From a virus: a stretch of 64,000 nt of DNA. Shown piece by piece: positions 1-9,877 of this stretch (positions are counted from its first letter, which is position 1; every line of letters starts with the position of its first letter). The notes below the pieces were generated by a model, which was given only the letters and a program-made list of their open reading frames with translations, did not search any database and was not told where the DNA came from. Made by a program: the position numbers and the translations under genes. The stretch covers positions 32,001 through 96,000 of the IMG/VR virus record IMGVR_UViG_3300037336_000025. One strand, written 5' to 3'.

Positions 1-1
1 A

Positions 2-283
2 ATCGACGAGCTATGTAACTTCGTTAAGGGATCAACTCCATCAGTTAAGTTGCGAGAGCAACCGAAGAAAGAAGTTGTACCGGCAGTTGATACTGATATT
101 CCTGCGCCGGTACGTGCTCAAGCTGTATCAAACGAAGCATTGTCTGATAAAGATATTGCTAAAAGTTATCGTAGTCAAGCAGATGCCATGTATAAAGAAG
201 CAGCCAAACTACGTAAAGATGCAGACGAGTTAGATCCTCCGGCTAAAAAAACAACAAAGGCTAAAGAATCAGTAGATGCCTAG
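2..283 (+). CDS. Hypothetical protein, 5'-truncated by the window edge
   Basis: The frame of ORF 50..283 is open back to position 2 (IDELCNFVKGSTPSVKLREQ...). Charged helical C-terminus (YRSQADAMYKEAAKLRKDADELDP). Stop overlaps the next ATG. Confidence 0.75.
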   Translation: MDELCNFVKGSTPSVKLREQPKKEVVPAVDTDIPAPVRAQAVSNEALSDKDIAKSYRSQADAMYKEAAKLRKDADELDPPAKKTTKAKESVDA

Positions 284-581
284 TCGGCTGTTTAAACCTC
301 CAAGACATCTGGTCAAAGAATGGCCAGAAGTCTTTGAGGATCTTTATATGAATACAGTGCCTATAGCTTATCTAGATGTAGTTCATCTGGAGTTTGCTAA
401 CGGCAGAGTATGGGAAATTAATATTAAAGAACAGACTATTAATTTAGACCCAGATGCAATTGCTACTAGATTAGTAGAAACGCTTCGAGAGTATAAAGAC
501 GAGATTGTGAAAATAGAGTTTAAGGTTGATATAGTTAGACTTAAAACCGACATTAATAAATCAACTAAAACTATTTTTTAA
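276..581 (+). CDS. Hypothetical protein (101 aa)
   Basis: ATG overlaps the end of the previous gene; no recognisable motif; converges on the minus-strand cluster. Confidence 0.7.
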   Translation: MPSRLFKPPRHLVKEWPEVFEDLYMNTVPIAYLDVVHLEFANGRVWEINIKEQTINLDPDAIATRLVETLREYKDEIVKIEFKVDIVRLKTDINKSTKTIF

Positions 582-1363
582 TTAATATGGTTAGCAATTA
601 ATTCAGCCATATGTCTAGCTGAATTTCTTCCAGGGTGTACTAAGTCTCTTGCTTGATTATCAATTTCAATCCATGCACTTTCTGTGTAGTGTGCTGTTTG
701 GTCAAAAAAACTAGCAGAATAATACTTGCACCGATTTTTCCAAAGTTCTCTACTTGCAATAGATATGTAACTAGCTTCTGTCATTGAATGATAGATGTTA
801 GTTGCATATTCTTTGTACATAGCAGTATCATCCCACGGTCCGGCGTGCTCTATTAGTTGTTCTTTAAAAATAGTAAATCTGTCTATATTTGTCCATAAGT
901 TGACTACAGCATACGGAGTTGGAAAATTCTTAGATAGTAATGTTGAGTTTATAAAAGAAAATTGCATAGAAGATGCACTAGCGCCCATATTAACCACTGG
1001 TCTATTTAACATTTTAGACAATTGAGCAGTAACTGTTTCATCCTCGGCTAACCCTACTCCTAGTGTGCAAGAACATCCAAATACTACAACAGCATTTTGC
1101 CAGTCAATTAAATGCCACTCGTCTGCTCTATAACCATTAAGATTGCAAGCGTATGTTACTTCTTTTGATCGGTAATGCCAGTCATCTGGCTGAGTTTGTA
1201 AATTTTTCTCAAACAGGGCAGGCGAATCATACGAAGTAAACTTATTTGAATAAATTTGGTGCCCGGGTGTTGCATCGTCTGCGTAATTTAGTATTAAGGA
1301 TTTTAAAAATTTATAATCAGTTACATAATCAGGCAACGGGCTTGCATTTAGCAACTTATACAT
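578..1363 (-). CDS. SGNH/GDSL-fold protein (putative acyl-esterase or acyltransferase)
   Basis: SGNH-like blocks VFGCSCTLGVG, VVNMGASASS and C-terminal DLVHPG. Start moved from 1420 to ATG 1363, 1 nt after the upstream stop at 1365. Confidence 0.55.
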   Translation of the reverse strand: MYKLLNASPLPDYVTDYKFLKSLILNYADDATPGHQIYSNKFTSYDSPALFEKNLQTQPDDWHYRSKEVTYACNLNGYRADEWHLIDWQNAVVVFGCSCTLGVGLAEDETVTAQLSKMLNRPVVNMGASASSMQFSFINSTLLSKNFPTPYAVVNLWTNIDRFTIFKEQLIEHAGPWDDTAMYKEYATNIYHSMTEASYISIASRELWKNRCKYYSASFFDQTAHYTESAWIEIDNQARDLVHPGRNSARHMAELIANHIN

Positions 1364-1364
1364 A

Positions 1365-2396
1365 TTACGCCGTAATGAATTTAAAAAGTTCTTGTGCAAA
1401 TAGATCGTGCCCCTTTGCACTAGGATGGCAACACAATGTTACCCAATTGTTAGGTGTTCCTTTGCCATTATAATCCCAATATGGTGTATTTTCTAGCCCT
1501 TCTTGTTTTAAACACAAGTTCATAAAGGTATCACATCCTTGAGGGGTGAACATGTTGGCCCAAGGCCATTGGTCTACTATTGCGCTAAAAATATCGAGAA
1601 CTTCCTGAGAGCGGCGTATTTCATTTTTATTATGGGCATATTCAACATATCTTATAGTTTTCTGATTACTAGTTCTCTCTGATAGATCTTGAATAATTTC
1701 ATTAAATCTTTCTTGTTTGTACGATGTATCAAATCCAGGAGTAATTATTAATTTTGCATTTTTTAATTTGCACCAGTTTTCTAATTCAATAACATTTGAT
1801 ATTTGCTCTAGCATTGCTGACTTTTCGCTATATATTGCAGTACCGTATCCTTTCCATAGCGTTTTTCTAGGGCCTTTTTCTTGATCGTCGGACCAAGGCC
1901 ATGCACACTGAAACTGATGGTGTTCATTGAATTCGTCACTTACAAAATCAAATCGTTCAGGCCCGCTTGGAACATATAGCACTATTAATTCGTCAATGTT
2001 GTTCCAGTTTATTTGAGGATGAAAATATAAACTTTTAATGGACGCCCGATTGCCCTTTCCCCTAATACCAAAATTAATAGGAGTATACGTGCCCTTAAAA
2101 TATTTTTTACATAATACTTCAACAAATGCATTCTTGTATTCCATAAATTTCCAAATTATACGGCCAGTGTTATCTATTGATAGCTCTGGATGATCAGATA
2201 GCATTTTAGACTTTTCATTTTTTGATAAAATTGGTTCCATAGGAACTCCAATCTTAGCCATAGACCATTGATAGCTATCGCAAATTTCTTGATCGACTGC
2301 TCCTTGGCCTTCAACAAATGAACATCCTAAACTAATAATTGCTTTTCGTGTTCTTTTTAAATCTTTATTAATTTCAATAATTTGAGTATTATACAT
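1365..2396 (-). CDS. SGNH/GDSL-fold protein
   Basis: IISLGCSFVEGQG, INFGIRGKGN and CCHPSAKGH blocks; paralogous in layout to 578-1363. Confidence 0.55.
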   Translation of the reverse strand: MYNTQIIEINKDLKRTRKAIISLGCSFVEGQGAVDQEICDSYQWSMAKIGVPMEPILSKNEKSKMLSDHPELSIDNTGRIIWKFMEYKNAFVEVLCKKYFKGTYTPINFGIRGKGNRASIKSLYFHPQINWNNIDELIVLYVPSGPERFDFVSDEFNEHHQFQCAWPWSDDQEKGPRKTLWKGYGTAIYSEKSAMLEQISNVIELENWCKLKNAKLIITPGFDTSYKQERFNEIIQDLSERTSNQKTIRYVEYAHNKNEIRRSQEVLDIFSAIVDQWPWANMFTPQGCDTFMNLCLKQEGLENTPYWDYNGKGTPNNWVTLCCHPSAKGHDLFAQELFKFITA

Positions 2397-2398
2397 TT

Positions 2399-3724
2399 TT
2401 AATCCGCCATGTAGTTAGATAATAGTATTGCAGACCTTGGTGTTTTGGCCCTTGTATTTTCTTTTAAAACATTAAAGTTATAATCTAACACATCTTTCAT
2501 AGATGTAAACCATTGTATTTTTTTATCAGCATCCATTAAGTTAATGTCTTTTAATAATTTTATAATTGCATCTAATCGATCCCAGGATTCTAAATCATCA
2601 TACGACTCGTCAAAAAAATCGCTAAATGTTTTATACCCTAAATTTTTAAGATATTTTAAACTATGTTTATTGCCATACATAATAAAAGGATGACACGTTG
2701 CTATCGGCTTAAAACTTTTTTCACTTATGAAACAAGTATCTTCAGCAAACGACGCTTCGCTAATTACACTTATCCATGTATCTAACGTTGCCTGGTGATT
2801 TAAGTCTCGTTCAAACAGGCCGCCGAGCCCACCTTCAAATGCATCTTTAAATTTATCATTAAGGTCAGTTCTTGGGTATATTGGCAATATATTAATCAAG
2901 GACTTGTATAGTTCAACATTTAGTGTTTTTCCTTCGTAGTATGAATTAGAATGTCTAAATGAATTCATACTATTAATGCCAACGTCTAGTAAATTATTTT
3001 CGTATAATTTACTAAACAGCCAAATGCGGTGAGGCCTTGTTCTCTTTTGAAATGCATTGTATAATTTAATATTGTCTGTATTCTTGGTCTTATATTCAAT
3101 TTGTTGGAATGAAGTTGGCAATGTACTACCTTGTTTTTCGGCAGCATCTTGTATAAATTCTTCAAATTGAATATTTGGAATTACACACATTTTATCTTGT
3201 ATTGTGTTGATGTTGCACCAATTATTATATTGTTCAATGACTGCAAGATTTCCAGTTACATATATTATTTGTGTAGGATTTATATCGTAATGATTACAAC
3301 AATCATGAAACCATTCAAACAACCAACTAGTATGATATCCTTCGTGTGATTGGTCTAATAACAAGAAGCATTTCTTTTTGCGAATAGCCGATAGCTGCTT
3401 CTCTGATAAGTAAGCAAATATTGTTTTACGCTCAAGCATATATGTATCGTGTTTTTTGTTTAGATCAGTATATCCGCACCAGTCCCAAGGAGAATGTGTC
3501 ACGCCTGCTGAAATAATATATTTTGGATATAATTTTCGCTTATCCCAATAATTAGAATTTACAGAAATAGTATCAAGATCAACTAATGGCAATTTAATAG
3601 TCTTCCATCGAATTATCGAGGTTACTAACGGGCTTGCGGTAAATCTACGTATTCCCGAGGTATTAACATCTGGACATTGTGAAAAATTTGTGTGTGTGCG
3701 TAGATTTTCAAATATAAAATTCAT
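2399..3724 (-). CDS. Putative glycosyltransferase, GT10 (fucosyltransferase)-like C-terminal domain
   Basis: C-terminal ISEASF...FISEKSFKPIATCHPFIMYG resembles the GT10 E-N-x(n)-Y-x-T-E-K nucleotide-sugar motif. Start set at ATG 3724 (ATGA overlap with the upstream stop). The family call is inference. Confidence 0.4.
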   Translation of the reverse strand: MNFIFENLRTHTNFSQCPDVNTSGIRRFTASPLVTSIIRWKTIKLPLVDLDTISVNSNYWDKRKLYPKYIISAGVTHSPWDWCGYTDLNKKHDTYMLERKTIFAYLSEKQLSAIRKKKCFLLLDQSHEGYHTSWLFEWFHDCCNHYDINPTQIIYVTGNLAVIEQYNNWCNINTIQDKMCVIPNIQFEEFIQDAAEKQGSTLPTSFQQIEYKTKNTDNIKLYNAFQKRTRPHRIWLFSKLYENNLLDVGINSMNSFRHSNSYYEGKTLNVELYKSLINILPIYPRTDLNDKFKDAFEGGLGGLFERDLNHQATLDTWISVISEASFAEDTCFISEKSFKPIATCHPFIMYGNKHSLKYLKNLGYKTFSDFFDESYDDLESWDRLDAIIKLLKDINLMDADKKIQWFTSMKDVLDYNFNVLKENTRAKTPRSAILLSNYMAD

Positions 3725-4509
3725 AATCGATTCCATTGTTCAACTGACGTTCCGTTAGTAACACTGCGCCGTTCTATTAAATCTAGAATATCTTGGTTAT
3801 TTTTTTGATGAGCGGTCGGGGCAAATAATGCCCGGTTTCGTTGATTGGTATCTGCAGGAGGGGATATTAAGTAATACATTGCTATACTGTTTCTTGATAT
3901 ATTTATCGGTGAAGTTACAGGCGTAGATAACCCATGCCAACAATGTTGGGTTGTATCAAAAAATATAGCTCTGTTAAATGTTGGTAATATTTCTTTAAGT
4001 AATGCTGTTGGAGATGTTCCGTCTGTATCCCATATTCCAAAATTCCCTCCCCAAGTATGTTGCCATTCGGGAGTAAGGTAAATGAGAAGATTAAATTTTC
4101 GTTGTAATCCTAACTTAGGATGAAGACTGTAATCAAGATGAGGATTAAGTTTGCCTCCTCGAGGATGCGAATGCATTCCACCACCGTGAATCCCAGGATC
4201 ACTGTATAAGTGATCAAGTCCGGTGTGACTTAATAGAACATTAATAAAATCTGTTGAGTTAAGATACGTTATTAGCTTATAAATGCTTGCTGGGAATCTA
4301 TCCCATATATTACAAGTACGCTTCAGTTCAATTTGATTATCATAGTTGCCGTTAAATAATCCAGAATCATACGCAAGAAAATCTGCTGCTATCTGGGTAG
4401 CAACATCTTCATTTAAAAAATTATCAATTACACAGTGTGAATATTTTTCTTTATGAAAATTATCAAATGCTGTTGATAAATTATTAATATTAATTAAACT
4501 ATTAGCCAT
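3721..4509 (-). CDS. 2OG-Fe(II) oxygenase
   Basis: HxD (HLDY) plus distal His (WHG) facial triad; R-x-S (RNS); GGGMH and LLIYLTPEW...GG strands typical of the prolyl-hydroxylase-like double-stranded beta-helix. Confidence 0.85.
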   Translation of the reverse strand: MANSLININNLSTAFDNFHKEKYSHCVIDNFLNEDVATQIAADFLAYDSGLFNGNYDNQIELKRTCNIWDRFPASIYKLITYLNSTDFINVLLSHTGLDHLYSDPGIHGGGMHSHPRGGKLNPHLDYSLHPKLGLQRKFNLLIYLTPEWQHTWGGNFGIWDTDGTSPTALLKEILPTFNRAIFFDTTQHCWHGLSTPVTSPINISRNSIAMYYLISPPADTNQRNRALFAPTAHQKNNQDILDLIERRSVTNGTSVEQWNRL

Positions 4510-5519
4510 CTATTGTTTTTTAATGTCCAATGTATTACTTCTTCTAATCTTTTATATGCAGGCTGAGGTTCCCATCCTAACTGTTTCATCTTATTACCAT
4601 CTAGTGCATATCGCAAATCGTGGCCAGGGCGACTAGTATGGAAATCCGTCATTTCGTAGTTGAGCGGTTTTTCTTGGACATCTGCAATAAACTGTGCTAA
4701 TTTTAAATTGTCAATTTCTGTAGATCCTACAATATTAAATTTTTGGCATTTTGCGCCACCGTAGTCTGGTTCTAATTTACTAAGGTCGGTATGATATAAA
4801 AACATCAATGCATCTGCAACATCTCGAGCATGTATATAATGTCTTGATCCTGCAATTGTTTTTTCTGCGTTAGCATGTACTGTAATTTTTTCGTTATCTC
4901 GAACACGTTTGATACACATAGGAATATACTTTTCAGGATGTTGTCTTTCCCCAAATACATTCATAGTGTGAGTAATAATTGCCGGAAGACCGTAAGTATT
5001 CTCGTATGCAACTACCATTTCTTCTGCGGCAGCTTTGCTAGCACTGTAAGGATTGGTGCTGTTATATCTATCGTTTTCTTTGTAGCTAACTCCAACAGGT
5101 GCCGGTCCAAAAATTTCATCTGTTGAAAAGTACGCAAACAGATCTAAGCTATCTAAATTACGAGCGTAGTCCATTAAATTAACAGTGCCCACTATATTGT
5201 CTTGTACGAATTCCATAGGATAAGAAATGGATCGATCAACGTGACTTCCTGCGGCAAGGTGCGCTATTAAATCAACTTTTCCAATCATTGATCTAATTTG
5301 AGAATTTAGTTCTGCCTTTAGATCGTGATGAACTACCCTTACACGTTTGCGCTCGATTGCAGGGTGAGACATTACTACGTCGTTTAATCTATTTAAATTT
5401 CCACTGTAATCTAATCGATCAAGGGTTACGATTCTCCAATCAGTTTCGGTTAATATTTTATCAACTAAATGGTGAGCTATAAACCCGGCGCCGCCTGTAA
5501 TTAAAATTGTTTTGCTCAT
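4494..5519 (-). CDS. rfbB: NDP-glucose 4,6-dehydratase (RmlB/RfbB-type extended SDR)
   Basis: TGGAGFIA Rossmann motif, HLAAGSHVDRS, STDE catalytic Thr-Asp-Glu, YSASK, RPGHDLRYALD. Start at ATG 5519 with an AAGGA SD. Nucleotide specificity is not determinable. Confidence 0.88.
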   Translation of the reverse strand: MSKTILITGGAGFIAHHLVDKILTETDWRIVTLDRLDYSGNLNRLNDVVMSHPAIERKRVRVVHHDLKAELNSQIRSMIGKVDLIAHLAAGSHVDRSISYPMEFVQDNIVGTVNLMDYARNLDSLDLFAYFSTDEIFGPAPVGVSYKENDRYNSTNPYSASKAAAEEMVVAYENTYGLPAIITHTMNVFGERQHPEKYIPMCIKRVRDNEKITVHANAEKTIAGSRHYIHARDVADALMFLYHTDLSKLEPDYGGAKCQKFNIVGSTEIDNLKLAQFIADVQEKPLNYEMTDFHTSRPGHDLRYALDGNKMKQLGWEPQPAYKRLEEVIHWTLKNNRWLIV

Positions 5520-5526
5520 AGTGTCC

Positions 5527-6894
5527 TTATTCTGTTTGTCTACACTCAAGATAGAAGTTTTCCAATTCTGGAAATGTTTCTAAGAAATTAGTACCGCGTC
5601 TGCGGTCGTATTCTGTAAACCAATTAAAGAAGTCGCGTTTGCCTTCTTTTAGTTTTTCTGGGGTATAGATAGCTGATTCCATGTATTTTACTACTCTTAG
5701 GAATTTTTCATACTCTAAGTCGTTGAATTTGCTACGGTTTTTATCGTCTAGATTGGCTAGAATGAAGTCTAGATGTCTTTGCATGTAAGGCATAAACTCA
5801 TCTTTAGGCAATAAATTCATGTCGTACTGTAATGGCTCTTTTAAGAACGGAGTGTCAAAGCGTATACGCTGCCATTTGTTCTGATCAAAACCATTATACT
5901 TAACACGCCATTCTAAGATCTTTTCTAATAAACTTTGGAAGTTTGTTACTGTTAGAATATTAAAGGTACACATAAATGTAACCGGTAACGTGGTTTTAGT
6001 TAGATATGTATCTAAGTTCTTTTCCCAAACAGTTAAATCTAGCCCTGTGCGTATGTATTCCGCTTGCGGTCCCCATGTATCCATGCTAGTAAAAATCTTA
6101 AAGTCTTTAATTGCACCTTTAGCTAAGAGAGCATTTACCTTTTCTACTAATCGATCGATAAGTATTGGCTTAACTCCGAAGTTGCTATTAATATTAAGCT
6201 CGAGATTAGGTTTAGGATTATTATCAAGCTCATCTAAGAGTCTCCAAGTTGATTTTTGTAATAGCGGTTCGCCGCCAGTAATTCGTAATATTGTTAAGGT
6301 CTTACTAACCTCGGGCCACCACTTCCACCATGCTTCTACGTAAGGATTAGTATCTTCTTCATAGACAGTGAACCAGTTAATATCATTGCGGTGATTTTTA
6401 ACCATATCATACGGTCCAAAATCTTTGATCTCTTTGTGGTATGCACTACTATGCTTAGGATGGCAATATCCGCATTTGAAATTGCATTCATTACCAAAAC
6501 TTACCTCAATGTATTGTGGATTTACAGGAGCTAGAGGATTAGCTTTTATAGCTCCGAGTCTTTCCTCAGTATAGATACTTGCGTTACGCTCCTTGCGATC
6601 GCTAATATAATCCTCCCCCATTGCTTCAATGTTCCAGCAATAATTGCAACCACTAGGCTTTTTGCCTGCAATCATTTCAGCACGTTCACTAATTTTTTCT
6701 TTAGTATTATGTAATGCGCTTGGGTCTAGTGCAATTTCAGCCAAGGGAATTTTGTGAGGCGCAGGATGGTAGCAACTGTGTGTTTCTCCCGTTTGCAAAT
6801 AGATAGTAGTGTGATGCCATTTGGCCAAACAGAAAGTTGGACTAACTTCTTTCATTATGGGAATGAATTTTTGTATGCGTTGTTTATCGTCCAT
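5527..6894 (-). CDS. Radical SAM protein with an extra N-terminal Cys/His cluster (twitch/SPASM-like)
   Basis: CNFKCGYC (CxxxCxxC) and ITGGEP; N-terminal CLAKW...HSCYH...GCNYCW motif. Confidence 0.85.
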   Translation of the reverse strand: MDDKQRIQKFIPIMKEVSPTFCLAKWHHTTIYLQTGETHSCYHPAPHKIPLAEIALDPSALHNTKEKISERAEMIAGKKPSGCNYCWNIEAMGEDYISDRKERNASIYTEERLGAIKANPLAPVNPQYIEVSFGNECNFKCGYCHPKHSSAYHKEIKDFGPYDMVKNHRNDINWFTVYEEDTNPYVEAWWKWWPEVSKTLTILRITGGEPLLQKSTWRLLDELDNNPKPNLELNINSNFGVKPILIDRLVEKVNALLAKGAIKDFKIFTSMDTWGPQAEYIRTGLDLTVWEKNLDTYLTKTTLPVTFMCTFNILTVTNFQSLLEKILEWRVKYNGFDQNKWQRIRFDTPFLKEPLQYDMNLLPKDEFMPYMQRHLDFILANLDDKNRSKFNDLEYEKFLRVVKYMESAIYTPEKLKEGKRDFFNWFTEYDRRRGTNFLETFPELENFYLECRQTE

Positions 6895-7552
6895 AGAACT
6901 GTTCCTCTAACCATTTAAAATTGTTAATCTTTTTTAATGCTTCTACATCTAATTTATTTTCTTCACCGTACTTGCGGCCAGCAATTGCTCCTGCAAGTAC
7001 ATCGATGTCTGTGCCAACTGTACACCAGGTGTCTAATCGTTGTTGAGTTTCAGTATCGTCTTGTCTATCAATAACGCGACTAGATAATTTACAACATTCT
7101 CTAAATGCACTTTTCCAACTGTTAAAAGGATCAGTGTTAAATGCAGTAATGTTACTGATCTCTTCCATGGCCTTAAACAGCGGACTAATGCTTGTTGTCA
7201 TGTCAGGTCTAGCTAAGTCCATAGTCATAGTCAACTTCTTAGGAAGTAGTTTAACTCCGCCGTATCCGTATTCTAGTCCATTAACTGGATTTTGGCTGCG
7301 CCAAACATGTACACATTCTAGATCGTATTTGCTTACTACATAATTAAAGTTGAATGTGTCTACAATTACAGCATCGCCGTCAACTACCCAAAACATCTTA
7401 GTAAAGGCTTTCCTAGCTGCTGCAATGTGTGCCTGGTGTATTCCTGTAACTCCGCTAACTCGTTGAGCGTAGGGAAATCTTGCCTTTAGTTTATTAAAGT
7501 TTTCGTCCGCGTTAGGCTCACTGTAACTAATGAAGATTATATCGTATTTCAT
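6884..7552 (-). CDS. GT-A fold (GT2-like) glycosyltransferase
   Basis: DIIFISYSEP start, WVVDGD DxD motif, GYGGVKL; paralog of 7549-8430. Confidence 0.55.
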   Translation of the reverse strand: MKYDIIFISYSEPNADENFNKLKARFPYAQRVSGVTGIHQAHIAAARKAFTKMFWVVDGDAVIVDTFNFNYVVSKYDLECVHVWRSQNPVNGLEYGYGGVKLLPKKLTMTMDLARPDMTTSISPLFKAMEEISNITAFNTDPFNSWKSAFRECCKLSSRVIDRQDDTETQQRLDTWCTVGTDIDVLAGAIAGRKYGEENKLDVEALKKINNFKWLEEQFYGR

Positions 7553-8430
7553 TGTCGGTAATAAGTTAAGCCTAAATTAATTGTTTCATCATAAAGCGCT
7601 AATGTGTACTTACTCTGTTCTGCATTTAACCAAGGCCACTTAAGACCTAGCTCTTGTTTAATCTTTTCACCTAGCACTTGTGCATCGGCTTCGACGTCGA
7701 TGTGGTTAACTTTTTCTTCGTAGATATCTTTTAATAGCTCGAAGTCTCTAACATCTACATAGTTCCAATCTGTACAGTTAGTCATGTATGTTCCCATACG
7801 TGTGCCAAGGATTGCATAGGCACCGTGTTCTTCGTGCATACCTACAGTCGACCACATACGCAGTCTATGAATATTATGCCACCAAATACGTTCTTGTATT
7901 TCTTGTGCTGGCACTTTTTCGCCGTCAAGCAGAGTCATTTTAACACCTTCACGAAACCCTGCTCTCCACGCTTGAAAAGGCGATCCTGTAATAATGCTGT
8001 CACTATAGATCTTTGGAAAGTTCTTGTATCCATCTTCCCAACAAAAATCAACTTGGGCACGATCGCTTTCTGCTGCTTCGTGTGTGCGCATGTTTAACAC
8101 AAACTCTTTTTTCCAAATCTTTAGGCCGCCGTTACCATAACGTAAACCGTTGATAGAATTTCTAGCACACCATCCGTAGACTTGTATCTTAGGATCGCTC
8201 ATGTCTAGTTCTAGATCAAAGAATTTAGGATCTACCATATTGTCTGCATCAACTGTAATGAACCAATCAGTATCGCTTAACTCAGCTGCTGCTTTATGAG
8301 CAGCGTCACTGCCTTTAACTCCATGTACACGTTTAGCCCATGGTGCTTTATTGCATAAATCTGCGTAATGCAAATCTGCATTAGGCTCATCATAACTTAG
8401 AAAAATAATATCAAATTCAACTATTCTCAT
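7549..8430 (-). CDS. GT-A fold (GT2-like) glycosyltransferase
   Basis: DIIFLSYDEP start, ITVDADN DxD motif, YGNGGLKIW, AWRAGFREGVK; paralog of 6884-7552. Confidence 0.55.
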   Translation of the reverse strand: MRIVEFDIIFLSYDEPNADLHYADLCNKAPWAKRVHGVKGSDAAHKAAAELSDTDWFITVDADNMVDPKFFDLELDMSDPKIQVYGWCARNSINGLRYGNGGLKIWKKEFVLNMRTHEAAESDRAQVDFCWEDGYKNFPKIYSDSIITGSPFQAWRAGFREGVKMTLLDGEKVPAQEIQERIWWHNIHRLRMWSTVGMHEEHGAYAILGTRMGTYMTNCTDWNYVDVRDFELLKDIYEEKVNHIDVEADAQVLGEKIKQELGLKWPWLNAEQSKYTLALYDETINLGLTYYRQ

Positions 8431-9050
8431 AATTTTTCAATCACGTAATTTTTAAAAACACGCCTAGTATATATACTAAACTTTACTGGTAAATTTGTTA
8501 CATCAACTGTATGAGATTTTGCTATAATATCAGCAAGTGTTACAACAACAGACTGATAAAGTATATTAGGATCATTGTATTCTGTTATAAAAAAATGAAG
8601 CTGCATGTCCCTATCCCATCTAACTTCTCTTTTCTTTACCGGTTGGAACTTCTTATCTAAAATATAAGTTCCATATAATTCTTCCGTTAGTTGAAAAACT
8701 ATAGTGTTATTATCGTATGTAATGTGAAGGTCTGGTTTTTCTATATTGCTCCATCGACTATCAACTATTCTATGCAGCACATCGTCCATTTTAAGCTCTG
8801 TCCTGCGTCCAGTTAGCTCTAGAGTATTTGATGTAGGGTCAACAAAACACGCATGTATTTTTGTTCTGCCTTCTATTATAGAAAGTGCAGTTTCGTCATC
8901 GAGATCTAAGGTAAACTTTTCTTCAGGAAACGCATAAGACGGTCCGACACTGGTTACTTCCCCAGTATCAGGATCAAATACTGCAACGTACTTAATTTCA
9001 GGCATTTCTATATTTGCCATCAATGTTTCTAAGTCACTCATTTCTTCCAT
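8427..9050 (-). CDS. Hypothetical protein within the glycan cluster
   Basis: 207-aa ORF coupled on both sides, GAGGA SD; no motif recognised. Confidence 0.7.
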   Translation of the reverse strand: MEEMSDLETLMANIEMPEIKYVAVFDPDTGEVTSVGPSYAFPEEKFTLDLDDETALSIIEGRTKIHACFVDPTSNTLELTGRRTELKMDDVLHRIVDSRWSNIEKPDLHITYDNNTIVFQLTEELYGTYILDKKFQPVKKREVRWDRDMQLHFFITEYNDPNILYQSVVVTLADIIAKSHTVDVTNLPVKFSIYTRRVFKNYVIEKL

Positions 9051-9877
9051 GCTAGTTCCTCTAAGATGTTTATCATTTCGGTTGTAATTAAATCTTTTTC
9101 AACATAGTGTACAATATCATTCTGCTGATAATTTCCTATTTTTAATTTTCCCTGTTTATTAAAATAAAATCCAACATGATCAGAACACCTGTCGGCAGGC
9201 CATGGCCAATTCTGTACTAGCGGTTTTAGATGCACTACCCTAGGAAATTCTAAATCATAGGCAATTATATCTTCTATTCCTAAAATCTTTGCACTAAGGG
9301 CAAACGCTTCATCTGTCCCTACTACTTTTGGTTTAAGTGCAGTAAGAAACAAGTTAGAAAACTCCTTGGGATTTTTAATAATATAACGTCCAAGAGTAAA
9401 GAACTCATTAACTAGTGTACTATCTTTCTTAAAGAATGTAAAGAATGAATATAAATTTGGCAGATTATTTTTGGTAAAAGTTTTACGATAGTCGTCGCTA
9501 GTTACTATCTCACCTCGATATGTGTAGCTTTTATTTGGAATATATAACTTATTATTTTCAATGAAATAATCAATCCAGTAACTATAATCTTTTAGAAACA
9601 ACATATCAACATCTAAACAGACAGTGTACTCAAACGGGGTTAGCTTATCCATCCAACTACGACCGTTCCAAAAAGTTTCTTGATCCCACGGAATAATGTG
9701 ATCAAATACCCATTTAGATTCAAATCTATCTAAGTCGGCAGGATTGTCAATTACTATTGCAACCTTATCGTACCCTTCTTTTTGTGTATTCTTAATACTT
9801 AATGCTAATGCATACGCTAGTTTAGCATAGTCAACTGTTTCGTGCTTGGCTACAAATATTAGATATCCAAAGTTCAT
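9038..9877 (-). CDS. GT-A fold (GT8-like) glycosyltransferase
   Basis: YALALSIK N-terminal motif, TPFEYTVCLDVDMLF DxD, DEAFAL; paralog of 9874-10737. Confidence 0.55.
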   Translation of the reverse strand: MNFGYLIFVAKHETVDYAKLAYALALSIKNTQKEGYDKVAIVIDNPADLDRFESKWVFDHIIPWDQETFWNGRSWMDKLTPFEYTVCLDVDMLFLKDYSYWIDYFIENNKLYIPNKSYTYRGEIVTSDDYRKTFTKNNLPNLYSFFTFFKKDSTLVNEFFTLGRYIIKNPKEFSNLFLTALKPKVVGTDEAFALSAKILGIEDIIAYDLEFPRVVHLKPLVQNWPWPADRCSDHVGFYFNKQGKLKIGNYQQNDIVHYVEKDLITTEMINILEELAWKK

